Assembly (NCBI GenBank): GCA_002269645.1 | Contig: NIVC01000611.1 | Coordinates: forward strand, 1-64,000 | Direction of reading: 5' to 3' | From: Macrostomum lignano | Taxonomy: Eukaryota | DNA: 64,000 bases | Shown: positions 23,656-37,334 of the stretch, piece after piece | How positions within the stretch are numbered: position 1 is the stretch's first letter | How the letters are laid out: each line of letters opens with the position of its first letter | Notes under the pieces: generated by a model | Told to the model about the DNA's origin: nothing | The model's input: the letters and a program-made list of their open reading frames with translations, nothing else | Databases searched by the model: none | Translations under genes and position numbers: made by a program

Positions 23656-24981
23656 TAGCTACATGTAGGGGTTCCCGCCTAGCAGAACAACACTGCAAAA
23701 GCTTACTGCACTAAGTGTCGAAAAGATCGCGTTGCAGTACATTGCATTGATTTTGACAGCCACGATTACGATGAACAATTTACAGTTGTTAATTGGATTC
23801 AGTCGACATCGATTGTGACTGCCATTTTAGTTTCCTACACGTACATTTATTTCCCCAATAGTCTAGAATTTCTTGCACAATCCCACATGGTTTTGAGTAG
23901 GGATTCCCACACAACCTAGCCAATCCTGTACGCGGCTATAATGTAGGCAGGTTGCGGACGACGTCGCTTGAATGCCGCACCGCAGTACATTCAGTCCAGG
24001 AGGAGACAAATTTAATCCTTTATATCCCACCTCTAGCTCAAACTGAAGGTCGTACACACCAGCTAAATGGACCTATATGTACATGTATGGTCATCTCTTT
24101 TCCAATTAGGATTCGCTATTCCTCCCGCGGTTAATTCTTACATGTACATGTGTACACCGAACTTCAGAAAATAATTGCGTTCCTATAAGGTTTCAAGTTA
24201 CTACTGTCGGTAAATGATACGCAAATATAGTACATATTTCAATTACATCGGCAAACCGAGGCCGGTTCTCGATGTCAAATCGCGAGGCTTTTTTCACTGG
24301 GCATGTACATTTGACTTTAGCAGGTGTCCATAATGCTCCCTATACATTGGGAAAGCCTATAGAATCTGAAATTCATCGCGTTCATTCGATCAAATCAATT
24401 AGATTTAGATTTGCTTTTCAATCTTCCGAGCCGCGGCCGGGATCAAGAGGGAATCATGCAGCTTATAATAGTAATAGCTTATACAATAATGCCGTAATAT
24501 ATTCACATACAAGTAGCTACGATACCCACTAGAATACGCATATATGTACAGAGCAGGTGCGTTGCTAATCTTAATTAATAATCTAACCGCAAAGTAACCG
24601 CACAATCATATACATGAGCCCTACCCCAGCTTAAACCCTAACGTCAATTTAAAGGGCCGGTATTCTCTTTTCAACAAAAATGAACGGCCTAATCTTTGTG
24701 AGAGTCATTAAAATTTTGCGGACATGATTCCAAAAATGTGAATAAGAAGAAGTGCATTTTTAATAAATTTTATTGCGCTTTATTAACATTCCCAGAAGAG
24801 TGCAACTGAATGTTCTATTTAAAGAAAAAAGCTATTATTCAGTTTCTTACAAACTGTCAGAATCTGTCAAAATTGGTATCATTATTGTGTAATCTCGTTG
24901 TGAAACCAGTTCTGTAAGCGGAAAGGATTCCTATCTCACATTAGTATCTGTTTGGTACACATAAATATCTATTAGAATCGA

Positions 24982-26224
24982 ATGCCAAGAGGTAAATTGA
25001 ATTTGTAAACTGTACTGTATAAAATCGTGTCCAATTTTATTGTGTAAATTTACCACTTAATTAATAAAATAATTCCTACTTTTTCGAGAAGTGTACTTTT
25101 TCACCTGGCGCATTTGTCTTAGAACTTTGGCTTACTCTGCTTATCATTACCAAATTTTCTGTGTATTAAAGGACTATAGCTTAGGCCTAATATTTCATAT
25201 GTATAGGTGGCATAGGCCTAACACGAGTTATTGTAATTGTTAAATACTTCACTAATCAATTTCAATAGTTTCTTGACAGTATAGTACAAATGCCATGGGT
25301 ACCAAAATTCTAGCTAGGTACTAATTAATAGGCACTAGAATGCATTCTTACCTAGGCCTGATGTAATATAATTAAACACAATTTTATCAATCTAAATAGC
25401 TAATTCTAGACTAGAGTCTATACTAAATTATAAAATTTCATCAATTCACTAATACAAATCAAAATTGTCAAAAAGTACAATATTTGAATGAATTCTCAAT
25501 CTCAAAACCCATGAATTGTTGTTACCAAATCAAAAGATTTGCTATTTGATCTGCAAATTTCTAGATTTGTCATAGACACTTTTTATTATCATTAAAATTT
25601 GTTTTTTATACATAGTTTTAAGTACCTTTAGCAATGAATCTTATCAAAGAATGTTAATAATATATTTTACAAGGCCAACTCCTCTATTGGAGGAGAAAAG
25701 GGATAGAACTCCCATTGCCAAAATTCCATTCCCTAAAATCCATCCCATGACCCAAATTCTATCTTCCAAATCCTCTCCAAATCCTTTCTAAAACCTCTCA
25801 AATACTATTTCTTTACTGCCATTGTTTAGACTAAGACTCTCTCATGTTTCCTCTCTCCTCTTTGGTCTCTCATCTTTAATCTCTCCTTTTTTCTCTTTGC
25901 TCTCATCTCTTATCTATTAGGCCTATCTATTATCCTTTCTTCTCTTTGCTCTCGTCTCTTATCTATTATCTCTAATCTTTCCTTTCTATGTTCTTATATT
26001 TATATCTATTCTCCTTTCTCCTCACTACTTTCTCTTCTCTACTCTTTTATCTCTTCTCTTTTCCCTCATCTTCTACTCTCTTATTTCCTCTCTCGTCTGG
26101 TCTCTACTCCCTCTGTCTCCTCTCTACTCTCTCCTTTCTTATCTCCTCTCTTTTTTTTCTCTCTCTCTCTCTCACTCTCTCTCTCTTTTTCTTTCTCTCT
26201 CTTTCTCCCCCTCTCTCACTCTCT

Positions 26225-26312
<88 letters not shown>

Positions 26313-29300
26313 TTCTCTCTCTTCTCTCCTTTTTTCTTCTCTCTTTTCTCTCATCTCTCCTCTCTCTCTCTTTCCTCTCTCTTGTCTGTACTTTCTTATA
26401 TTTGCTCTCCTCTTTTTTTCCTCTCCTCTCTTTTCTTCTCTTTACTCTCTCTTCTCTCTCCCTCTTCATTCCTGCCTCACCCCTTCTCTCTCCCCTCAGT
26501 CATCTCTAATCTCTCCTCTCTCATATCTACTCACTTTTATATTATCTCTCTTCTATTCTCCTTTCTTTCTTTTCTCTACTCTCTTTTTTTACTGACTAAA
26601 GGTGCCAATAATAAAACCAATTGAAATTTGTCACTCACCTCCATTACTCTGAAATTACTTAAATGATAGCTGGCTTGAATGTGTGTACGCAACCCCCCCC
26701 CCCTGATCTCTTGATCTCTGACTTTAACTTATTGCAAAAATGACTACAATCTTAGCAGAAAGTTTAAAGTATGGAAATTGTTTTTAGAATGCTGTGTTTT
26801 TTGCGTTCATATTAAAAGCAAACAACTTATATCCCTGAACTTAGCATTGCAAGATCTTTCCAACAATATAAATCTCTCCTCTCAAAGTTTATAATTCAAG
26901 GAACAGTTAGCATTTGAAATTTTCCAGTTTCCCAATTGCTTGCTACATAGAGGCTTGCAAGTTTATTCATTGAATTTCACTGTCCAGCAAATACATAGGG
27001 CTGCATATTAAAAGATGCCAATAATAAAACCAATTGAATCTTGACACAGTTTTATCTTTTTACACTATACAGCTGCTATGTACACTCAGCCCAAGCCCAA
27101 CCCCCTCTTTTAGAGGAATCAATAAATTTAATTGCGCCTCCAACATGCAAAGGTTTATTTGTATTGAATGCACAACACATGTCACCCAGCCCTCCTATAC
27201 ACAGCGACCTGCAAGAGGAGGTTGGGGTGGTTATTTTTACAAACATGCCACCACCTTTCTACTAAAGAGGCAAACTGGCCAAAGAGGTTAAGAAAACAGT
27301 TTTCTGCTTTTTTCACAGACTTATGTTTCGCATTTGAGTTGGCAGCCATCTAGGAAGAGATACGCATTTAACCTGGCTAGTCAATCAATTGATTGGCCTA
27401 CTTAGCTTTAGATATAATATATAAAATAAGTTTATTTTATGAATATTATAAACAAAATTTATAAAAACAAATTAAAAACTTATTTAGCCTTTTTTGATAA
27501 TAGGGCCACACTCATATATATTACACAGAATGCCAGAAAAAATTACCTCCCTAGATCATAAATTTAAGTTTATACCAAGAATCAAATTTACTCGTGATAT
27601 ATACACAGGAAATTATTAAAGGTATTGCCACAATAAAGAACCTTTTTGCATTGCAACAATACAGGACCTTTTTTGTATTATGACATTTTGTTCCTTTGCA
27701 TGCCAACAGCTATGCCATATATTGGCTCTATGGCGCAATTTTCTGGCAGATTGTTCTGTATGTTGGATACTTCATACCAATCATTTTTTCAAATCTGTTG
27801 TATGCTGGAATTTTCTAGTGTAAATATAAGATTTGGGAGTAAGGATAATAAAGTCCTGTAGATTCTAGATATCCAATTAATTCATTAGATTTTATTAGAT
27901 TTGCCTATTATTTTTGCTACTAGAAGCATACTTTTTTATAGATACCTATCTATTAAGCCTTATTATAGCCAATAGATATTTCTATAAATAGCAATTTAAA
28001 GCAATTCAATAATTAGTTAACATATTACTAGCTTGTATATTAAGGCCTAAGCATTTGCAGTAAAGAAAGGAGATTCTTGCTTTTGTTTGATTCACTTTTA
28101 ACATTTTATATCTCGAATTTGGATATTAGATACCAAATAAATACCTTTATCCAAGCTAAATGCCATTTCAGTCTATTCATAGTTTCATGTTTTTGTAAAA
28201 TATTTTTTTTATTATATTTTTGTAGGTCAAAGAGGCCTAGCAGTTTTTTAATCAAGTTGCTTAGGTAGTAGAGCTGAGATAATGTGAAATCTTTGTTAGG
28301 CTTGCAACAGTAATGGATATTCCATGCACTCTTGCACACCAATTACCCCTAACCTTGCAATGCAATCCAGGCCGCGGTCCGCAGCACAAGGGCGCCAGGC
28401 GTCAGTTTACAGATGAGGACACGCTGGCCCGCGAGGTCCAGGAGCTCAATGTTAGAGAGGGCGGCGGTGGTCGAAGCAAGAAAAAGGAAGAAAGCGACGA
28501 GAGCGACTCGTCTGAGGATGAGGCCGAGGATGCTGGAGCCGCTGGGGGCAGCGGAGACGAGGATGGAGAGAAGACTAAGGTGAGAAAAGGAAATCATTTT
28601 CTAGCCATTGGAACTCCGTTTTTTAGAAGCCTTTTTCAAACTTCTCGGTAGTTATTGATCCCAGAATTTTCCTTTGATCCCCGATGGAATCCCGACCTAT
28701 TTAATCTCTATCAGGAATCCCCATCTAATCCCATTGAGAACCCTTATCTTATCCCATTAAGAATCCCTATCTAATCCCATTTTACAATCCCTATCTGATC
28801 CCATTGAGAATCCCTATCTGATCCCAATAAGAATCCCTATCTGATCCCATTGAGAATCCCTATCTGATCCCAATAAGAATCCCTATCTGATCCCATTGAG
28901 GATCCCATCTGATCCCATTGAGAATCCCCTTCTGATCCCATTGAGAGTCCCTATCTTATCCCAATAAGAATCCCTATCTGATCCCATTGAGGATCCCATC
29001 TGATCCCATTGGGAATCCCTATCTGATCCCATTGAGAATCCCCTTCTGATCCCATTGAGAGTCCCTATCTGATCCCAATAAGAATCCCTATCTGATCCCA
29101 TTGAGGATCCCATCTGATCCCATTAAGAATCCCATCTGATCCCATTGAGAATCCCCATCTGATCCCATTGAGAATCCCATTAAGAATCCCATCTGATCCC
29201 ATTGAGAATTCCTATCTGATCCCAATAAGCATCTGTATCTGATCCCATTGAGGATCCCATTTGATCCCATTGGGAATCCCCATCTGATATCATTGAGAAT

Positions 29301-31067
29301 CCCTATCTAATCCCATTGAGAATTCCTTTCTGATCCCATTGAAAATCCCATCTGATCCCATTGGAAATCTCATCTGATCCCATTGGGAATCCCATCTGAT
29401 CCCATTGGGAATCCCATCTGATCCCTTTGGGAATCCCATCTAATCCCATTAGGAATCCCATCTGATCCCATTGGGAATCCCATCTGATCCCATTGGGAAT
29501 CCCATCTGATCCCATTGGGAATCCCATCCGACCCCACAAACTGCCGCAGGCGCACGGCGTGGAGAACCTGATCCAGTCGGAGAACCCGAACCGGCAGCCG
29601 GCCGCTACCAAGTCGGTGAAGAAGCTCGGAGCGGACGCCCCGGCCCCGAGCTGTCCCGCCGCGAACGGGAGGAGCTGCAGCGGCAGCGAGATCGCGAGGC
29701 CTACGAGAGGCTGCACGCCCAGCACAAGACTGCCGAGGCTCAGGTTGTTGCTCCTGTTGTGTGTTTTTATTTGCGCAGCTGGCATTTGGAAATAGTCGAG
29801 TAGTTTCCATGATAATTTAAATTGAAAATTGAACCTCTGCTCGAGCTGAATTTCGAATAGCATCTTCGATTTCTCAGATTTTCCGACCTTTTCTAATCAA
29901 TCTAATCTAGCCCTAAGCTATTTGTACTCGCTAGGCTCCCTAAGTGCCTAGTCGCCTAATTTGGTGCCTAAGCTAATCACCTAATCTGATCCGTACCTAG
30001 CTCGTGCTGTGATCCTTTTTTCGCATTTGATCTCTAATTATCTAGTACTGTAAATGCTTAGTCACCTGTGTGATTCCTAATCACAATATGATCTCTAATC
30101 ATCTAGTACGCTTGTACTCATAATATCCTTAATCACCTGCGTGATTCCTAACACCTAATATGATCTCTAAACACCTAAAAAATACGATCCCTAATCATCT
30201 AATATGATCATTAATCACCTAATATGATCCCTAATCACCTAATACGATCCCTAATCACCTAATATGATCCCTAATCATCTAGTACGATCCCTAATCACCT
30301 AATATGATCCATAATCATCTAGTACGATCCCTAATCACCTAATATGATCCCTAATCACCTAATATGATCCCTAATCACCTAATATGATCCTTAATCACCT
30401 AATATGATCCCTAATCATCTAATAAAATCCTTAATCATCTAATGTGATCATTAATCACCTAATATGATCCCTAATCACCTAATATGATCCTAATCATCTA
30501 ATACGATCCCTAATCACCTAGTATGATCCCTAATCACCTAATATGATCCCTAATCACCTAATATGATCCTTAATCACCTAATATGATCCCTAATCATCTA
30601 GTACGATCCCTAATCACCTAATATGATCCATAATCATCTAGTATGATCCCTAATCACCTAATATGATCCATAATCATCTGGTATGATTCCTAATCATCTG
30701 GTGTGATCCCTAATAACCTAATATGACTCCTAATCACCTAATAAAATCTCTAATCACGTAATATGATCCGCAATTGCCTATTCGAATCTAGCAGATATTT
30801 GCTAATCTAATGCGGTCCCTCACAACCCTGCAGGCGGACCTCGCCCGCCTGGCTATTGTGCGCGCCCAACGCGAGGAGGCGGCCAAAAAGCGCGAAGCGG
30901 AGCGCCAGGCCAAGGAGGTTGAGGCGCAGCGCCGGCGCGAGGAAGTGGAGCGCGGCACGGCCAGCAGGCCGGCCGCCGTAGGCCGGGGCGGACGGAGCCG
31001 GGCAAAGAAGGAGCGCGAGAAGGAGAAGAAGCAGCAGGCTGCCGCGGGTGGCAGCGCGAACTCTTGA
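24982..31067 (+). CDS. PDAP1: PDAP1 / 28-kDa heat- and acid-stable phosphoprotein, about 215 aa, with an apparent 1-nt deletion at 29644-29647
   Basis: Exons 24982-24991 (ATGCCAAGAG|GTAAAT), 28371-28579, 29550-29743 and 30834-31067. Motifs HKGARRQFT, GVENLIQSENPNR, ELSRREREEL and QADLARLAIVRAQREEAAKKR. The exon sum is 647 nt, one short of a multiple of 3. The first micro-exon is the least certain part. Confidence 0.88.
25840..26590. repeat. (CT)n microsatellite with degenerate polypyrimidine flanks, PDAP1 intron 1
   Basis: Pure (CT)n core at about 26237-26308. Confidence 0.95.
28700..29530. repeat. 22-23-bp minisatellite, PDAP1 intron 2
   Basis: Unit CCATTGGGAATCCCATCTGATC. Ends about 20 nt before the acceptor at 29549. 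Confidence 0.95.
30090..30770. repeat. 20-bp minisatellite, PDAP1 intron 3
   Basis: Unit CCTAATCACCTAATATGATC. Confidence 0.9.
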
Positions 31068-31164
31068 ATCAGAATTATTTTGCTGTGCGTGTTCGGGCTC
31101 GCTTGTCTTTTAATATTGTTATTAGTATATAAATAAGTATTGGTTTATTTAAAAAATCGCGAGG

Positions 31165-32000
31165 TTTGAAAGTGTGAACCTTCGCATCCTGAGGTGTGAA
31201 AGTGTGAACCTTTGCATCCTGAGGTGTGAAAGTGTGAATCTTTGCATTCTGAGGTGTGAAAGTGTGAAACTTTGCATCCTGAGCTGTGAAAGTGTGAATC
31301 TTTGCATCCTGAGGTGTGAAAGTGTGAATCTTTGCATCCTGAGGTGTGAAAGTGTGAAGCTTCGCATCCTGAGGTGTGAAAGTGTGATCCTTTGCATCCT
31401 GAGGTGTGAAAGTGTGAATCTTTGCATCCTGAGGTGTGAAAGTGTGAATCTTTGCATCCTGAGGTGTGAAAGTGTGAACCTTTGCATCCTGAGGTGTGAA
31501 AGTGTGATCATTCGCGTCCTGAGGTGTGAAAGTGTGAACCTTCGCATCCTGAGGTGTGAAAGTGTGATCATTCGCGTCCTGAGGTGTGAAAGTGTGAACC
31601 TTCGCATCCTGAGGTGTGAAAGTGTGATCATTCGCGTCCTGAGGTGTGAAAGTGTGATCATTCGCGTCCTGAGGTGTGAAAGTGTGAACCTTCGCATCCT
31701 GAGGTGTGAAAGTGTGATCATTCGCGTCCTGAGGTGTGAAAGTGTGAACCTTCGCATCCTGAGGTGTGAAAGTGATCATTCGCGTCCTGAGGTGTGAAAG
31801 TGTGAACCTTTGCATCCTGAGGTGTGAAAGTGTGAATCTTTGCATCCTGAGGTGTGAAAGTGTGAGCCTTCGCATCCTGAGGTGTGAAAGTGTGAATCTT
31901 TGCATCCTGAGGTGTGAAAGTGTGAGCCTTCACATACCGAGGTGTGAAAGTATGATCCTTCACATCATGAGGAGGTGTGAAAGTGTGATCCATCACACTC
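31165..32000. repeat. 30-bp minisatellite 3' of PDAP1
   Basis: Unit CTGAGGTGTGAAAGTGTGAACCTTTGCATC with variant units. Confidence 0.95.
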
Positions 32001-33454
32001 TGAAGTGTTATAATATTCAGATCCTGAAATACTAATGTACTTTATCTGTAAGTGTTAAGTCATAAAGTCCTGAGTTGAGGCGCTAGAGCTGTACCGATAG
32101 TTACACCTGAAGTGTCCAATTTCTAGATTTTAAAATATAGTGAACTATTAATCCTCATTTTGTTGAGCATTCGCTAATTATCAATATGTGGTTAATTTTT
32201 CCTGGGTACAACTGTTGTAATTGTGGTAATTTCAATGGGTTAAGGCAGAATGTGTGCTAATCCAGCTGAAAAATATTTACATAAATAATTGAACTGAATT
32301 AAATTAAAACTAACGACAAAGGCTTGACGAAAATGTTAGAGAATATTTCGTTGTAAAAAATAAATTTGTTGTGTTTAAGTCGCAGCTCGCTACTGCACGA
32401 GTGAGTAGCTGTACTGACGTTTGACTTGTGGTCCTGCAATGGCCGTTTATTGTTGACTACAACGTAATTTGTAGACTTTTTAAAGGATTATTAATTTATA
32501 TTGATGTAGACACGGCCTGGGCCTCTCCAATAATTTTTGCGTACCCTCCCCTATGATCCCTGTGCTTATCACCCACCCCACTACCCGCGCACCAACCCCA
32601 CCTTTTTATTTATTGTTTAAAATCATTCACGCTTTTGGAAGTTTTATGACCCCTATCTTCTATAGCCTGATACGTAATCCCCCATCATAAATCATTATCA
32701 TATAAATCATAGATAAATCATAATAATTTCTCGTCCAATCACAGCGCGGCTGGCGGGTGACGTCATCAGGGTTGCTTGACGCGTGATCTCAGGGTTCGGT
32801 CTCGAACCGCGGGTCATCGGGTTCCCCTCTGAAGTTCTACAAGTTAATCTCCTAGGACCAAGCTAATTTCCCCTAAACCCTAAACACTGATTGCTCCCAG
32901 ATCCTCAGGATCATCCTAATAGACATTGTAGCCTAGAATCGCCCACCAACTAAAGATCACCCCTGTGCAAAAGTCCTCGTTTCCAGCACTGACTAGACTC
33001 ATTGTATGCCTGGCATAGAGTCGGCCATTTCTAGTACAGTCTTGTTAGTGAGTTTTTACCGGATGTACGGGCTTGCACAGGTGACTGGTGGTGGCCACTC
33101 CTTTGGCGACTGGCGTGTACCTTTAAACAACCCGGGCCCGCTGCTAGATAATGAGATCTTGGCCACAACGTCAGCTACCACACCACCCAGAAGTGGACAA
33201 AGTCTAGGGGGCGAGGCTTGGCTGCTGATTGCTGAAATTTTCACAGGTTTTTCAACAGGTGTTTTCATGCAGCCCTGGTTACGTCAATATATCGTGCAAG
33301 ATCACGTTCTATACTATATACTAGAGTCTAGACGGCAGTCCTAAGCTGCACTCCAGGAGTCTCTTTCTCTCCAACTCTTACTGCACGGGCTTCGTGTTCT
33401 AGTCTCTAAACTAAATAGAAGTCCACAGCTGAGCTATCTTTTATTATGAGCTAA

Positions 33455-34725
33455 AGGCCCATTCACACCGCCATCAAATGAGGCCGATTTTCGAGTGATC
33501 ACACAAAATTTCAGTTGATGATTAACGAATCTTTGTCAATCACCTGAGTTTTTCACGCCATCAAATGAGGCCGATTTTCGAGTGATCACACAAAATTTCA
33601 GTTGATGATTAACGAATCTTTGTCAATCACCTCAGTTTTTCACGCCATCAACAACTGACTTTTACTAGTGATCAACTGACATATACTGAGGAGAATGACT
33701 GGGCTGGGGCTTAGAGGAGGGTGACGCAATTTTTGCAATTAGTTGCGCGAGCAATACTGTGCGCACATATCTCCAGCTGAGCCCCAAATGGTATATATTT
33801 TCAGAAGGTTTGAGAAAATACTTTGTGCTTTGAATTCAATACCAGTGTACAGTCTGTATCAGAGTACAAAGGCCAGAGCTCTTATTGATATAACTGGCGC
33901 GAGCTAACGAAAAACCTAGCACCTACACTTTTCCGATCGTCCTTTTTCCCATGGTATTTCGATTGTCAGGGTGCCGAAGGTCGTATATAGAGCAGGATTT
34001 TCTTGCACTGTGTTTACCAGGGGTTCCTGCGGCAACCAACAGGCGCTGTTTTTTCACGCTTGCTCGTTTCGCTTATGTCAGGGGTCGGCAAACTTTACCC
34101 CAAGGGCCAGATAAAGAACCTAGAGCATGGGGTCGGCAAAAATTTTTACCCCAAGGGCCAGATAAAGAACCTATAGCATGGGGTCGGCAAAAATTTTTAC
34201 CCCAAGGGCCAGATAAAGAACCTAGAGCATGGGGTCGGCAAACTTTTTTACCCCAAGGGCCAGATAAAGAACCTATAGCATGGGGTTGGCAAACTTTTTT
34301 ACCCCAAGGGCCAGATAAAGAACCTAGAGCATGGGGTCGGCAAACTTTTTTACCCCAAGGGCCAGATAGAGAACCTAGCTCGTGATGGAAAATAATAAAA
34401 TAGTTAATAACCTGAATGGTGAGATGGCCAATCAATTTTAAAACGACAGTCAGACTAGACGGAGAGTTGTTGAAATAGAGTGGCTTGAGTTGAGTTTTGT
34501 GTGTTGCGCAACTTGGGGTGCTGTGCTGTGTGAGAGGCAAGCGACCAATGTACAGCGTTTTAGTTGATCAACTGGCCCTCGCGTTATTAACTTTTGTGGC
34601 TGAATTTGAAAATATATTCTAAGTTAGCTGAGATTTCAAGTGATCACAGAAAAAGTTAGAAATTCTGTGTGGTTAAACGAGTCGTGTGATTTGGTCTTTC
34701 ATTTGATTGCAGTGTGAATGAGCCT
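33455..34725. mobile_element. Non-autonomous PIF/Harbinger-like DNA transposon, 1271 bp
   Basis: TIR AGGCCCATTCACACCGCCATCAAATGA versus reverse complement AGGCTCATTCACACTGCAATCAAATGA. TAA TSD on both sides (33452-33454 and 34726-34728). Internal 87-bp duplication and 51-bp array. Confidence 0.85.
34078..34380. repeat. 51-bp minisatellite inside the Harbinger-like element
   Basis: Unit GGGGTCGGCAAACTTTTTTACCCCAAGGGCCAGATAAAGAACCTAGAGCAT, about 6 copies. Confidence 0.9.
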
Positions 34726-34953
34726 TAAAATCACGCCGCCTTATTGGGAGGGGTTGATTTATTTATTCAGCTTGGATAATAGTTAGAAGTGACACGCCTG
34801 CAGTGAATGTACATTTTGGAGGGCTAGGGAAGTGACTAGAAACACTGTACATTGCTTCGCGCGGACTGATTTAGCCTTATCTTCGCCAGCCGTTTATTAC
34901 CCCCCCACGCCACTATGCGTTGACGGCTTCACCCCTATCCCCTTCCTGACCGC

Positions 34954-35088
34954 TGATTGGCTGAAACCCCGCCAGAATAGCTTATCTGCAGCAGCAGCCT
35001 ATCGTATTGTCCGAGAGCCAGAGGGGCCGTAATCCGCTTTGTTTCGCAACCCTCACTTATTACTTTATTTTTTTACTTTACTATAAAT
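34954..35088 (+). promoter_or_regulatory. Putative core promoter of the CCCH gene: reverse CCAAT box and TATA box
   Basis: CTGATTGGCTG at about 34954 and TATAAAT at 35082-35088, about 105 nt upstream of the ATG at 35191. Confidence 0.4.
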
Positions 35089-35190
35089 CTGCCAGCGCGG
35101 ACCTTAAATGCGCGAAGCTAAAGGGGCACTGTATTTTGATTAACCTCTTGCTACACATTTGAACAAAGTGAGAAAGTGAATTGAGTCACC

Positions 35191-36735
35191 ATGTCGGACT
35201 ATAGCTCTGGCGCAGCTGAAACCACTACTGCAATGGCCACCGTATCTGTGTGTACGTCCACATCAGCAGCTCTGCCGAGCTCCGAGCAGCTGGTCATGGT
35301 GCAGGCCGCGGATTACTCGTGCTACTACCAGCAGGCGCCTACGCCCTACGCCTACGCAACTGTAGCGTCAGAGTCGGGAGCTATCTGCAACTATCAGGCG
35401 CCACTTCCACCGCCGCAGCAGCAGCAGCATCAGTACTATCAGCAGCAAGAGCTGCAGATGCACCCACAGTGCCTGTACTACTACCCGCCTCCGGCAGCTG
35501 CAATGTGCGCTTCCGGCCCGGACCCAATGGCGGTTTACGCCAGCCAGGGCATGGCTGCGGCTCCGTTTCCGGGATTCTACCAGCCTCAGCCGACTTCGAC
35601 TATGCAGTTTACTCATCCCTCGATGCCACCGCCGCAGCCGCTGCCTTCTGGGCCTGCTAATCTGTCCCAGCCCATGCAGCCTCCGCCTCTGATGCAGCAG
35701 CAGCCGATGGTTATGCTCTCAACGTCGACGTCTGCACCATCGTCAACCTCTGCCGGAAGCTGCCCCTGCTGCAGCGCTCCTCTGCATCAGGCCTCTTCTC
35801 AGCAGCAGCAGCAGCAGCAGCAGCCTGAGCAGCCAGTTGTGCAGCTTCAGCTGCCTCAGCAGCAGCTCCGAGAGCAGAGTCGCAGCAGCAGTTGCGATAG
35901 CGCTTACCGAACTGTGTCCACCAGTGACCTGGCTTCTGTTGCTGACATCAACCAGCAACAGCACCTCCACTTCCAGCAGCAGCAGCAGCAAAAGTTGCCC
36001 ATGCAGCAGCAACCCTGGGCTAGAAGAAACTCTTTCCAGCAGCAGCAGCCTTTGCCAACCCCACAGCAGCAACCGCAGCAGCAGCAACCGCAGCAGCTGC
36101 CCTCCCAACAGAAGCGCTGGAAGACTGGCTACCTAAGGAACATCCTGTACAAGACTGAGATGTGCCGGGACGTGGCTCAGCGTGGCGCCTGTCCCCGCGG
36201 CGCCACCTGCCAGTTCGCGCACTCCGACTCCGAGCTGCTGAGCCCCAGCCAGCATCCGCTGTACAAGACCGCCTTCTGCTTCGACTACAAGAACCGGGGC
36301 CACTGCCAGCGCGGCGACCACTGCTTCCACGCGCACCAGCAGGTCGAACTGCGGCCGGCGCCGCCCGCAGAGGCGCAAACTCCGCCGTCTGCGACTGGCC
36401 TGCTGCGGCCTTCGCAACACCTGCATCAGCAGCAACAGCAGCACCAGCAGCAGCTGTCAAACTCTGGCGCCAGGCGCGAGTCCACGCCGAGGTCCCTGGC
36501 TTCCTCAGCGGGTCCCTACAAGGCCCTGGCCGCTCGGCTGCAGCAGCAGCACCAGCTGCTCCAACAGCAGCAGGGCTCCAGCTCGGAGAAGCAGTCCAGC
36601 AGCAGCAGTTTGGTGACGTCCACCAAGCACCAGCTGCACTTCAGTGGCGGCGGCGGCGGCAGCCCGCAGCAGTTCGTCACCGCTGAGCGTCGTCTGTCGC
36701 TGACTGGCGCTGGCGGAAGTCGGTCGGGCTTTTGA
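35191..36735 (+). CDS. TIS11/ZFP36 (tristetraprolin)-like tandem CCCH zinc-finger RNA-binding protein, 514 aa, intronless
   Basis: YKTEMC-x8-C-x5-C-x3-H, an 18-aa linker, then YKTAFC-x8-C-x5-C-x3-H. Gln/Pro/Ser-rich flanks. Confidence 0.9.
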   Translation: MSDYSSGAAETTTAMATVSVCTSTSAALPSSEQLVMVQAADYSCYYQQAPTPYAYATVASESGAICNYQAPLPPPQQQQHQYYQQQELQMHPQCLYYYPPPAAAMCASGPDPMAVYASQGMAAAPFPGFYQPQPTSTMQFTHPSMPPPQPLPSGPANLSQPMQPPPLMQQQPMVMLSTSTSAPSSTSAGSCPCCSAPLHQASSQQQQQQQQPEQPVVQLQLPQQQLREQSRSSSCDSAYRTVSTSDLASVADINQQQHLHFQQQQQQKLPMQQQPWARRNSFQQQQPLPTPQQQPQQQQPQQLPSQQKRWKTGYLRNILYKTEMCRDVAQRGACPRGATCQFAHSDSELLSPSQHPLYKTAFCFDYKNRGHCQRGDHCFHAHQQVELRPAPPAEAQTPPSATGLLRPSQHLHQQQQQHQQQLSNSGARRESTPRSLASSAGPYKALAARLQQQHQLLQQQQGSSSEKQSSSSSLVTSTKHQLHFSGGGGGSPQQFVTAERRLSLTGAGGSRSGF

Positions 36736-37334
36736 TCCGCCAGAAATGAGCTTCAAGTTGCTGGCTTTGTTTTACTTCGTCGGTGCCGATCGCGACTGGC
36801 ATATAAGCCTCATTCGAGTGTACATACATGCAGCTGCGGCTCTAGGCCGTTAGTGGCATTTTCAATTCCCTGTAACCATGACTTTTACTCTCTGCACCGC
36901 GTGCAGTCTCTTAATTTGGTCTTACGCTCTTGGTGTGCTGTCGTGTCAGTCAAAAATATTGCATTTTCTCACCTGTCTGCATTTTGCTGTGCATTAATTT
37001 GCACAATATTTATGATCGCTTCGTAGCATGTTATTCGTAGTCCTACTCTTAGTAGCGCAAGATGCTTTTTTGCTGCTAATTCGCACGAATCTGTAGTATA
37101 CATAGTGCATTGATGATCGAATATTCGACTGAAATAAACTAGTGAACTCTAAATTATCCTAAAGATATTCTAGTTTTTTTGATTTTTTATTTGCGACCTC
37201 TAAGCTGAACAGAAACTGATCCACTTTGTTGGATTTTCAAGAACTCCATTTCTAGGAACTGAATTCTATTGGTTTTTGCAAATTCCTGTTCTTTCGAGTT
37301 CCAATACTTCGTCCTTTATTTATTCCCAAGAAAT

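Noticed and set aside
22840-23698. Several 125-272 aa ORFs on both strands
   Set aside because: They derive from the 20-bp array and the MITE and show no protein motifs.
33006-33344. 112-aa ORF in unique sequence
   Set aside because: No recognisable motif, splice partners or coding-type composition.
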